Notes under the pieces: model-generated | Database searches by the model: none | The model's input: the letters and a program-made list of their open reading frames with translations, nothing else | Told to the model about the DNA's origin: nothing | Part shown: positions 42,465 to 51,261 of the stretch, one piece after another | How positions within the stretch are numbered: the first letter of the stretch is position 1 | Layout: the number at the start of each line of letters is the position of its first letter | Made by a program: the position numbers and the translations under genes | Origin: a virus | Taxonomy: Duplodnaviria; Caudoviricetes | Direction: 5' to 3' (one strand) | Length of the DNA: 51,261 nucleotides | IMG/VR virus record: IMGVR_UViG_3300046011_009473 | Location: 1-51,261 of that record

Positions 42465-45400
42465 CTATTTTTTAGCTGGTTTTAAAATAAAATCTACAGG
42501 TGCAGGTTCGTTTCCTTCCCTTTCTTCTTTTAAAGCTTTTAAGAAAATATCAATTTGCGCTCCACCGCCCATTGTAAAGATTGCAGAAGTTTCATTTATC
42601 CCTTGCATAACTTTGATTAAATCAACTTCTTCATCCTCACTTACGGCATTAACAGCCTGTACGCCTAATTTACTTACTCCTCCACCAACTATAGATATAC
42701 CTTTAAACCCAGAAGGATAATAAGATTCACGTCCATAATTTAAACCAGAATAAATTTGGCTTGCTACAGGAATTGGAGAAAGAAGCGATCCAGCAACTAA
42801 ATTTGCATAGTGCAAGGTTTTATCTTCCTCATCATCTTCGCCTCTACCAGAAAGCAAATTAGAAATTCCCTCTCTTAAAAATTCAGTTAAAATTGCATCT
42901 ACAGCAAATAATAAAGCAAAATCAGAAATAAACTTAGCAGTATCTTTTGGTTTTTTGAAATTTGTTTGGCGATAACTTCCAGTAAGCAAATTGAGCTTTA
43001 CGTTAGCATAGTTTCCAAAAATTGTAAAAGCTTTTACAAGAGCTGAATCATCTCTCTGGATTGCTGAAAGAGATTGTTTATAAGAAGAGCCTTGGGTTTC
43101 AATTACTAATCTGTCTGCAAGTTCTACTGCCTTGGCATCGTCACCTTTAAAATCTTTTAATCCTTTATAATAAGCGCCGTACCAAGTTGGCAAATCGGCT
43201 AACATTTGCATTTTGGTTGTAGCTAGGAAAGCAAACTTGGTGATTTCTTTGCGAAGTTTCCCTGATTTTTGCAAGCGGTCAATAACTTCGTAAATATCGC
43301 GAGTCATTGTCTTAGAGCGATCTTCTAAGATTTTAGATTTTGCAAAAGCTAATTTAGCAGCCTTATTAATTGAGACAGGATTACCATTTCCTAAAGCTTT
43401 CCAAACGCCCAAGCCCATATTTTTATAACCAATCTTAACAATTGATTGTAAAAGACCAGTAGGTTGAATTATTGCTGTAGCTAATTTAAAACCCATTGTC
43501 CAAGTTACAGTTATATCTCTTGATAAATTAGCAGCCTTAGCAATAAAACCTTCTTGCGTGATAGTGCGACCATACATATCATAAACCCAAGATTGTAACT
43601 GTTTATATTCAGCAATTCCAATTTTCTTAACTAAATTTGTTTTTAACCTTCTGTTATTTATAATTCTGTAAGCATTCCATGCAGCAGGTTTCATGGCAAT
43701 ATCATTTATAATTTGGGTTAAATGCTTTGAAAGAGGGTTTAAATCTAAAACAATTTTTTTATTTACTTTTTGTTCAGCCCTTTCTTTTGTAAAAGATTTA
43801 TGGAAATTTACTTTGTCAAAACCAGTTCCAAATAAAGTTTGTTTTAAGTCTTCTGCTGTGTCTGATTTAAAGTTTGCTTCTGCCGTGTACGCCAAAGGAT
43901 AATAACCACCTTTTAAAGAAACTTCGTAACCATCTTTTGAAACAACTTTAAGAGGTATTGAACTTTGTTTTTTAGGAGCAATTCCAAAAAGTTTTTTCTC
44001 GGTTGCTTCAATTGCTGACCAATAACTATTAATCAAATCCCAAATATCCTGAACAAACTCTAATTCATTTTTGTTTAAAGAGGAAATAATATCTATAACT
44101 TGAGCATCGGAATAATTAAACCCATCCCTTACGCGAGTTCTGTTAATTTCATTTCCCCAATTCAAAGCAAATGCTAGGACTGCTTTTTTGGAATAACTCT
44201 TGCCAACTGAATCAAAATAAGTTCTTTTATCGGAAATCTTATAGCCGCCAAAATGTTTATTAAAAATAGCATCAAGTTTTTTATAACTCTCATCTGCCAT
44301 TTTATTTTTATTTAATTCGGCATCGTTTAAATCTTTTTCAAAAAGCTGGTAAAATTCCCCAAGATTTTTCTCGCCATCAATCTTAAGAGTAGTCTGGCTA
44401 GTTTTAATCAAAGAAGAAGCATAAGAATTAAAAGCTTTAACCAGTTTTTCTTTTTCGGTTGGATCTTCTATTTCAGGTTTATCTTTTTTGATGTTAGTGT
44501 TTGCTTGCTCAATAATTCTGTCAACAATCGAATTTAATTCTTGCTTTTTGCCATTAACTTCCAAGATATTTATATTGCGCCCAACAGTAACAAGATTTTG
44601 TATTGCATCGTCAAAGGTTCTGAATTGATCGGTTGTAAGTGATCGAATATTATCTTTATCTTGAAATTCTGCTAATTCAGGAAATTCAACCAATCCCAAA
44701 ACGCCAGAATCAGTTTGCTCTTGCTTCCAAGTTTCCAAATCGGCAACATTAGTTTTTTGATAATCGTTGCCTTTAGGAGCTAAGTTAAAATCTTGAAGAA
44801 GATTAACAGCTTTTAATCTAAAATCCTCATCAATTGTAACTTTGCCAGCTTTAGGTTTTTTCTTAATTCTAGTATAGCTTTTTAAAGCTTTTTGAACTTC
44901 ATTTTTAATTGCAAGGCTTTCTCTAAAAAGATAATGGTTTAAGAGTTGTTTTTTCTTCCATTCAACAGCTTTAGCATAGTCCTTTTGTCCAAGTGCTTTG
45001 CCAGCTTCTCTGGCTGCCTTAACCTCATTTAAATAAAAAGTATTGGTGTCAGTGGCATCTTTGATTTGTTTAGTTGCAATAATTTCTTTGGCTTTTTGTT
45101 TGTAAGCTTCTTTAGTTTCAACAAAAGTTTTAACTTTTCTATTGGCTGCATTTAGCTCGTAAAGAATTTTGTTTGCACGCGCTTCATTTTCAGAAGCATC
45201 AAGAGCTTCGTTTTCAATAGTTCCATCATAAAGCATATCACCATAACGCCTAACCATTTCAGCGTCAGTAGCCTTCTTTAATTCCTCTTTAAAGTTTGAA
45301 ACATTTGCGATTGCATAAAGCATTTGTCCAGCATCATTAAAGCCAAATTCTTCAGCCACCATATCCACGGGAACGCCGTCTTTGGCAAGAATGTCAGCAG

Positions 45401-48400
45401 GAAGGTATTTTAAAAACTCTGTGTCGTAATTGTTTTTAATATCTTCGCGGCTTAGTTTATAACCTGTAGTGCCTTCAACTGGCTCTTCGCCAAGTAATTG
45501 ACCAGTTTTCAAAAAATGAACAAGGCGAAAAGTTTTATCTTGATTCATTTCTGATTCAACTTCTTTCTTTACCGCCGCCCTTTCTTCTTTGTAGAATTTC
45601 TTGTTCTCAATTTCCTTTTGCTTCAAAGCCTTAGTCAAAAGTTTTTCTTTAGCTTTCTCATTGGCAGTGTCATTAAGTTTTTGATAATCCTTCTTTTCAG
45701 CAGCCGTAAGCAATTCTAAAATTTGATCGTCAGAACGAAATATTGGATTGTTTTTTAATGATTCAATTGCTTCATCAGTTGCAAACATTCGATCAAATAC
45801 ATCGCGCACTTCATTAGTGAGCTTTACATTAAGTTCAGAAACGTCTTTGTAGATTCTAATTAGCCAAGCTTTAAATCTTCTAAAAGCATCTCTAAGGGCT
45901 ATTGAAGGGGCTTTTCCTTCGCGTAGGTAAGCCTCAAAGCCACGAGCGAATTTCTCATGCGCTTCTGTGGTAATGTTTCCATCTTTAATTCCTAGCCAGT
46001 TTTCAAGAATTTTCCAATCGTTTTTGATTTGTTCAGAAACATTCGGAACGGCAGCGATGTCTCGGTTGATTTGCAAGAACACATGTCCAAGTTCGTGGAG
46101 AACTGTAGATTTGTTTTTGCCTTCAAATAGGGTGATAATTGGCTTTTGTCCAATGAATTGAGTTTGTCCTCTTGGGTTTGATTCATTTTGGAATAATGGC
46201 AATCCTTGTTTTTGGATTGACTCGCGCATTGCGGGTGTAATTTCTAAACTCCAAACATTGCCAACTTTTTTAATGTTTGAGGTTTCAACCTTGCCGCCGA
46301 ACTTCTTAGCCAGCTTATTTACCATTGTTGGCACAATTTTGTCGTAGAAAGCTTTCATGCCTTCGCCGCCAACTTTTAGATCAACTCCCGATAATTCAAT
46401 CCTTGTTTCTTTACTTTCTATAACTTTCTTAGCTATATCTTTTCCTACAATTCCTTCTAAATCTTCTGGCTTATTTCTTAATTGATCGACAATTGCTTCA
46501 TCATTTTTATATCCAATTAATGATATAGTTCCATCTTCGTTTTTCTTAAAATCTAGCTTATCTAGCTGCTTGCTTAAGTCATATCTCTCAGCCTGTTGCT
46601 CACCAGTTGTCCAAGCTACTTTATCAAAATTATTTTCAACCGCCCAAAGTAAGGCGCGTTTAAAGGCTAGTTCGTTCCAAGTGGTTTTAAAGGGGGCGTC
46701 TGGAACTCTCATGTAAGAGTCGTAACCATCTTTATATCTTTCTAGAAGCTGTTCTGAAGCTTTAGCCTCTATCAAATCTACATAAGATACTTGACCAAAA
46801 GGCTTGTCTATTCCAATCGCCTTTATTTCTTCCTCTATTTTCTTAAGTAATTCTGCGTCTTTATATCCTTTCTTCCTTCCCTCTTGGTGCCAATCGCTTT
46901 GCAATTCTTCCACAAACATAACACGAGCACCGTCTTTGTCAGTGCGTTCGTTAAAACGAATGTGGGCTAAGATGTTTGGTTCGTCGAAGTGAGTAGTGCG
47001 ATAATTAGTTCTATTGTCAGTTGCAGCTCCGGGTGGTAGACCAAGACTGTTTCTTAAACCTCTTAGATTAACATTCCTTCCTAATTCTTTACCATCCTGT
47101 TTTGCAACCCATTCGCCACTTTCTTCATCTTTAAAAAGCTCGGGAAGAGTAGTTGATTTTTCTGGCAAAGTCAGCAACAACTCACGATAATTCTCGCCGC
47201 CTGCTAGGGTGTATTTGGAGAATTTGGTTTCTGCTGGTTTACCTCTTTTTTTCATCCACTCATCTTGGTCTTCGACCCTCCAATCATCAAATTGTTTTCC
47301 ATTATTTTTTTCTTCTAATTGTTTATAAAGGTCTTGTAATTGTTTAGGATAATCACCCTTAACAACCTCCTCAACCTCAATCTTATTCGCTTTCAAATAA
47401 TCAAGAATCTGCTCTTTAGTAACGCTGCCTTTCTGTTCTTTTATCCAGTCCTCAATTCCAGTCCAATCAAGCTCTTCTTGCTTAACGCCTTTTTGAGTTA
47501 GGTTTTTGATTATACCAGCCCATTGTTCGGGTGAGCCTTTGCCTTGAGGTAAATCGGTAATTTGTTTTTCTAAAGAAGAATAAAAGGTTGGGGTGGTTTG
47601 GTAATATGTTTTGACAATATCAATTGCAGCGTCATCAAAAACTACGTAATTATGCTGACCTTCTTTTTTCTTACGACTATTTCTATCAAAATATTTTATG
47701 CCATTTATTCCATTGGCATGAAGAAACTTAGAAGCTCCTTCATCGCTACGAAAATAATCTTTAAGACTACTTGGAAGCCCGTCATCTTCAGCGATTTTTT
47801 TGAGAAGTTGATAAAGCTCATTTCCGCTTAATTCATAAATATCATCCGCATTCCAATCGCCAAGATAATCTATCATATCTTCTTGAGGAATCTGATCAAA
47901 TGCTTTTTTTACGGCTTCTTGTATGTTAGGCGGCTGCTTACTCAACATATTGTCCCAATCCAACATCGTATCAGCTTCAGGGATATTTACTTCGTAAAGT
48001 TGCCCTTCTTTTGCCCTTTGATATATCTCCACAATTCCTAAATCGTGATTCAGGTTTGATATTTCGTTTTCCAACTTCTCTAAATCAGCTTTTAATTCTT
48101 TTTTTTCTTTTGAAAAAAATCCAATTTTAGAAAGATCGTTTTTTATATTTGATTTTTCAGAAGTTTTTTCGTCCAGTTTCTTTTTTAGGATTTTAATAAC
48201 TTCGGGAGCTGCATCTTTTAAATCTTTTCCAGTTCTATACTTTAAAGATATTTCAGGTGTTAGTAAAAAAATTCCTTTACTAAGGTCGACTGATAATTTT
48301 TTTCTATACCATTCTGCAATTTCCTTGTCACCAGCAAAATAAAGCCCCCATCCATAAGCCTGCGCCCCTTCTCCACCTCCAATATTGTCTAACGTAAATT

Positions 48401-51260
48401 TATCAAATTTATGAGGAGTTCCATGAAAAGCAGATTGATAAAAAATATTCGGATTATTTGGGTCGAAAGTGCCTTTGTTTTCTACGGATTTGATTTGATT
48501 GGGGAACCAAGCAATATAAACATCGCCTTCACCTTCTTGGAAATCTTTTACTTTAATGCCATCAAAACCAAGAGTATCACGGATAGCTTGAGGAACTGTG
48601 GTTTTGTCACCAACAACATTTGATAATTCGGAAATCTGGTCAACTGCTGTCTCATTGCCATCTACAATGGATTGAGCTACTTCTTTAATTGCTTGAGCTT
48701 TCGATAAAGAATATGTATCAACAAAATTTGATAAGAATGAATCTTTGTAGTCGGCAATCTCGCCACTAAATCTTTCAATCTCAATATCAACCATCTTGCT
48801 AAGAACGGATGATATTTGTTTTGCATTAAAAGATTTTTGTTTGCTATCTAATGGCTTCTGCATTGATGCGTAAGCTTCTATTAGTGAGCCACCATCCCTT
48901 TGATAGCCTTTTGCAATATCTTTGTTATCTGTTAAATAAAAACCATAACCTTCCGCTGTTGCAGTTTGCCCAATCTTCTTAATATCAAATGTGTCAAATT
49001 TAGCATTAGAGCCATGATAAACCACCAGAGGCTTACCATTCTTATCAACTACTTTTGAATCTCCGAACCATTTCTTGAAGGCTGGAGTTTCAGTTTGAGG
49101 CTGGGTTTGATAATAAGCTTGCCCTTCGAGTTCAAGAATTTTGTTTTTTATAAAAGGCTCAATCTTTTTAAATTTATCCAAAACAGCTTTTTCTTTAGCT
49201 CGAGATTTTATAGTTAAATCTTTTTTGCGGTCTTTAGCCACTTCTTTTGCTTTAGTTTTCGCTTGCTCTTTTTCTTGTTCGGTTAATTGCTCAAGCTCCT
49301 TATCAACTAAATCTTTAAAGATTTTATCTTTTTGTTCTGATTGGTTTTTATATTCTTCAGACTCAAAAATTTCATTTTCTCTTTTGTTAATTTGTTTTAA
49401 ATCCTGCGTGTCTTGTTCGGTTAATTGATAGGTTAATTTTTTGTTTATTTTTTTACGCTGTTCAGCAAGCTTAATAAGCTCATTGTTTAATTCTGATTTA
49501 TCTAAATCTTGATACTCCTCTGAATTAAAGGCTTTTTGTTCAGCAATTTGTCGTTCTTGAATCTTAACTTGATTTTCTAAATCAACATCAACTTTGGCTT
49601 TAACAGGAATTACAATATCTCTAAAGTCATCGCTTGCATAAAACTTTACGCCTTCTTCTTTTAATTCTTGATATTGCTCTAAACCAATCGAACGACTTCC
49701 ACCTTCATAAGAGCCATCTACATTTGTTTGAGCTTTTTTGCCCGCTGGATGGTCAGAAACTCTAATATTTGCGCCGTTAAATTCGCCATAAAAAGAGCCG
49801 TAGCGTCCTTGTTGTTCTAATTTAATTTCTTGAGTTTGATTAAAAGTCCGCCCCTCAAACTCCTTAATAGCCTTCTTAATCTCTTCGTTGCTTGCATTAA
49901 TATCAATTCCAGCTCTGTCTAGCTCTTCTAAGAATGATACAACTTGCTCTTGTTCTGCGTTTGGAGCTTGAGAAATATCTTCTCCACCAATCTCTTTTGC
50001 AAGTAAGTCTAAAAAATTTTGACGATCAACATATTCACCCTCTGTTTTGATTGTCGCATTAGGAAATTTTGCTTGTAGCTCGCTTGCTACGAAATTGTCA
50101 ACATCACCAAGACCACCTTGTTTTTTAAATAATCCCACCATTGTTTTAGGATTAATTCCTAGCGCAGCTAATTCGCCAGCAAGATTGGATCCTAATTGAA
50201 CACCGCCTTTTTCCTTAAGCATCTTAATAAGAGGCTTGCCAGCTTTAGGGGTTTTGATTGGTTTGCGGGCTTTGTCTAGGAATAAATCTAGGTCTTCAAT
50301 TTTATTAACAGCTTTAAATGGCTTTTCTTTGTAAAGCGCATTTTTTGCTTCAAGACTTCCTAGGTAATTATTTAAAGCTTTTTCGGCTTCTTTGTTTCCT
50401 ACTCTTGAGGAAAGAGTGTCGTAGAAAGATTGAGTCGTTGTAATTATATCTTTAGCATCGCGATAAGGCATTCCTAAATTAAGGATTTGCTTTTCAATGT
50501 TTTTCTTTACTGCATCTTGTTCTGTAAATGATTTTCTTTGCTGCTCTTCATAATAAACACTCGGTACAGTATTTTGCAGAAAAGCATCTTGAGCTTCCAG
50601 TTCAGAAAAGCTTTCAGGGCTTAGTTTCATAAAGTCTTGCAAACCAGCAGCTTCAGGAATGGTAGCTAATGCAACAGCCATGTCATTGCCTTTTAAAACA
50701 ATGTTGCCGCCAGTATCAAGAGCTTCTTGTATTTGAGTTTGAATTTCAGGAAGTGCGGCATTAATTACCTCTATTTCTTGAGGAGTTTTGCTCTGAAAAT
50801 ATGTTTGAACTTGATCGGCAGAAAGATAAACAGATTGTTCGCCAAGTGTTTCAGCAGTAGCTTCTTTAAAAGCTTCAGGGCTTCTTTGCAAAATTTTACT
50901 TTGTTTTGCTTTCTCAATAACATCTTCAATTATTTTTTTATCTTCAGCATTTTGTTGTCTTTTTTCAGCAATGCTTGCAGCATAATTTGCAGCCCCCCCA
51001 ACAGTTGCAAAACCAGCGCCACCAATTGAACCAGCAACAAAACTTTGTTTTACACGATTAGAAACCTCTTTGCTGCCTAAATATTGCAAGATTGATTCAG
51101 GAGTTACCTTATCTTTTTCAGTGCCAAAAGATTTAAATTTTCCTTCTGAAACATATTTTGCAGCTTCACCTAAAATAACATTGGAATATTCTTGCGCTGC
51201 TTCTGTAGTTCCTTCAGCCAACATTGTGCTTGCAATGTTTTTAAGATATTCGCGACCAAT
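42465..51260 (-). CDS. Giant polyvalent ejection protein (>2930 aa, 5'-truncated): two ADP-ribosyltransferase-like domains, an ELQSDW domain, a HExxH metallopeptidase-like domain and a helical C-terminus
   Basis: Frame stays open from 51224 to the window end (IGREYLKNIASTM). Motifs PLVVYHG...GFYLT, AFHG...GWGLYFA, FVEELQSDWHQ, STVLHELGH...HEKFARGFEAYLREGKAPS. Confidence 0.85.
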   Translation of the reverse strand: MGREYLKNIASTMLAEGTTEAAQEYSNVILGEAAKYVSEGKFKSFGTEKDKVTPESILQYLGSKEVSNRVKQSFVAGSIGGAGFATVGGAANYAASIAEKRQQNAEDKKIIEDVIEKAKQSKILQRSPEAFKEATAETLGEQSVYLSADQVQTYFQSKTPQEIEVINAALPEIQTQIQEALDTGGNIVLKGNDMAVALATIPEAAGLQDFMKLSPESFSELEAQDAFLQNTVPSVYYEEQQRKSFTEQDAVKKNIEKQILNLGMPYRDAKDIITTTQSFYDTLSSRVGNKEAEKALNNYLGSLEAKNALYKEKPFKAVNKIEDLDLFLDKARKPIKTPKAGKPLIKMLKEKGGVQLGSNLAGELAALGINPKTMVGLFKKQGGLGDVDNFVASELQAKFPNATIKTEGEYVDRQNFLDLLAKEIGGEDISQAPNAEQEQVVSFLEELDRAGIDINASNEEIKKAIKEFEGRTFNQTQEIKLEQQGRYGSFYGEFNGANIRVSDHPAGKKAQTNVDGSYEGGSRSIGLEQYQELKEEGVKFYASDDFRDIVIPVKAKVDVDLENQVKIQERQIAEQKAFNSEEYQDLDKSELNNELIKLAEQRKKINKKLTYQLTEQDTQDLKQINKRENEIFESEEYKNQSEQKDKIFKDLVDKELEQLTEQEKEQAKTKAKEVAKDRKKDLTIKSRAKEKAVLDKFKKIEPFIKNKILELEGQAYYQTQPQTETPAFKKWFGDSKVVDKNGKPLVVYHGSNAKFDTFDIKKIGQTATAEGYGFYLTDNKDIAKGYQRDGGSLIEAYASMQKPLDSKQKSFNAKQISSVLSKMVDIEIERFSGEIADYKDSFLSNFVDTYSLSKAQAIKEVAQSIVDGNETAVDQISELSNVVGDKTTVPQAIRDTLGFDGIKVKDFQEGEGDVYIAWFPNQIKSVENKGTFDPNNPNIFYQSAFHGTPHKFDKFTLDNIGGGEGAQAYGWGLYFAGDKEIAEWYRKKLSVDLSKGIFLLTPEISLKYRTGKDLKDAAPEVIKILKKKLDEKTSEKSNIKNDLSKIGFFSKEKKELKADLEKLENEISNLNHDLGIVEIYQRAKEGQLYEVNIPEADTMLDWDNMLSKQPPNIQEAVKKAFDQIPQEDMIDYLGDWNADDIYELSGNELYQLLKKIAEDDGLPSSLKDYFRSDEGASKFLHANGINGIKYFDRNSRKKKEGQHNYVVFDDAAIDIVKTYYQTTPTFYSSLEKQITDLPQGKGSPEQWAGIIKNLTQKGVKQEELDWTGIEDWIKEQKGSVTKEQILDYLKANKIEVEEVVKGDYPKQLQDLYKQLEEKNNGKQFDDWRVEDQDEWMKKRGKPAETKFSKYTLAGGENYRELLLTLPEKSTTLPELFKDEESGEWVAKQDGKELGRNVNLRGLRNSLGLPPGAATDNRTNYRTTHFDEPNILAHIRFNERTDKDGARVMFVEELQSDWHQEGRKKGYKDAELLKKIEEEIKAIGIDKPFGQVSYVDLIEAKASEQLLERYKDGYDSYMRVPDAPFKTTWNELAFKRALLWAVENNFDKVAWTTGEQQAERYDLSKQLDKLDFKKNEDGTISLIGYKNDEAIVDQLRNKPEDLEGIVGKDIAKKVIESKETRIELSGVDLKVGGEGMKAFYDKIVPTMVNKLAKKFGGKVETSNIKKVGNVWSLEITPAMRESIQKQGLPLFQNESNPRGQTQFIGQKPIITLFEGKNKSTVLHELGHVFLQINRDIAAVPNVSEQIKNDWKILENWLGIKDGNITTEAHEKFARGFEAYLREGKAPSIALRDAFRRFKAWLIRIYKDVSELNVKLTNEVRDVFDRMFATDEAIESLKNNPIFRSDDQILELLTAAEKKDYQKLNDTANEKAKEKLLTKALKQKEIENKKFYKEERAAVKKEVESEMNQDKTFRLVHFLKTGQLLGEEPVEGTTGYKLSREDIKNNYDTEFLKYLPADILAKDGVPVDMVAEEFGFNDAGQMLYAIANVSNFKEELKKATDAEMVRRYGDMLYDGTIENEALDASENEARANKILYELNAANRKVKTFVETKEAYKQKAKEIIATKQIKDATDTNTFYLNEVKAAREAGKALGQKDYAKAVEWKKKQLLNHYLFRESLAIKNEVQKALKSYTRIKKKPKAGKVTIDEDFRLKAVNLLQDFNLAPKGNDYQKTNVADLETWKQEQTDSGVLGLVEFPELAEFQDKDNIRSLTTDQFRTFDDAIQNLVTVGRNINILEVNGKKQELNSIVDRIIEQANTNIKKDKPEIEDPTEKEKLVKAFNSYASSLIKTSQTTLKIDGEKNLGEFYQLFEKDLNDAELNKNKMADESYKKLDAIFNKHFGGYKISDKRTYFDSVGKSYSKKAVLAFALNWGNEINRTRVRDGFNYSDAQVIDIISSLNKNELEFVQDIWDLINSYWSAIEATEKKLFGIAPKKQSSIPLKVVSKDGYEVSLKGGYYPLAYTAEANFKSDTAEDLKQTLFGTGFDKVNFHKSFTKERAEQKVNKKIVLDLNPLSKHLTQIINDIAMKPAAWNAYRIINNRRLKTNLVKKIGIAEYKQLQSWVYDMYGRTITQEGFIAKAANLSRDITVTWTMGFKLATAIIQPTGLLQSIVKIGYKNMGLGVWKALGNGNPVSINKAAKLAFAKSKILEDRSKTMTRDIYEVIDRLQKSGKLRKEITKFAFLATTKMQMLADLPTWYGAYYKGLKDFKGDDAKAVELADRLVIETQGSSYKQSLSAIQRDDSALVKAFTIFGNYANVKLNLLTGSYRQTNFKKPKDTAKFISDFALLFAVDAILTEFLREGISNLLSGRGEDDEEDKTLHYANLVAGSLLSPIPVASQIYSGLNYGRESYYPSGFKGISIVGGGVSKLGVQAVNAVSEDEEVDLIKVMQGINETSAIFTMGGGAQIDIFLKALKEEREGNEPAPVDFILKPAKK

Positions 51261-51261
51261 A

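Larger units (their letters stand above)
40848..51261 (-). mobile_element. Fragment of a second phage (phage B) morphogenesis operon
   Basis: Repeats the order ejection protein, tail fibre, chaperone already present at 1..5775 with largely unrelated sequence; looks more AT-rich in spot checks. Confidence 0.7.

Noticed and set aside
543-51029. The many 60-120 aa ORFs nested in or antisense to long genes
   Set aside because: They are shadow frames of well-supported genes with no motifs or initiation signals; the overlapping spanin pair is the exception kept.

Overview
The window is entirely tailed-phage DNA in two parts. (A) 1..~40434 looks like a complete, circularly permuted ~40.4 kb podovirus with T7/BPP-1-like structural genes and no RNA polymerase, integrase or obvious repressor. 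A minus-strand late operon runs terS, terL, portal, scaffold, capsid, tail adaptor/nozzle, GNAT-like protein, three ejection proteins, tail fibre and chaperone. Across a 412-bp repeat it continues into DUF1353, holin candidates, spanins, an M15 endolysin and a tailspike-like gene. A divergent plus-strand arm carries small early genes, Prim-Pol/VirE primase-helicase, SNF2 helicase, DUF2800 nuclease, DUF2815 SSB, family A DNA polymerase, DUF3310 and a RuvC-like resolvase. (B) 40848..51261 looks more AT-rich and appears to be the tail end of a second phage: a 5'-truncated >2900-aa polyvalent ejection protein, a second tail fibre and a second chaperone. It joins (A) through a 97%-identical chaperone segment, so this is either a co-integrate or an assembly chimera. 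The most unusual signals are a promoter-preceded ~720-nt non-coding array of stacked stem-loops (26184..26900) with a D-armless CAT-anticodon tRNA-like element and two more T-loop-bearing elements; a DUF3310 gene fragment copied in frame into the DNA polymerase; and covarying hairpin repeats between early genes. All family assignments come from motif recognition by eye; no database search or folding program was run.
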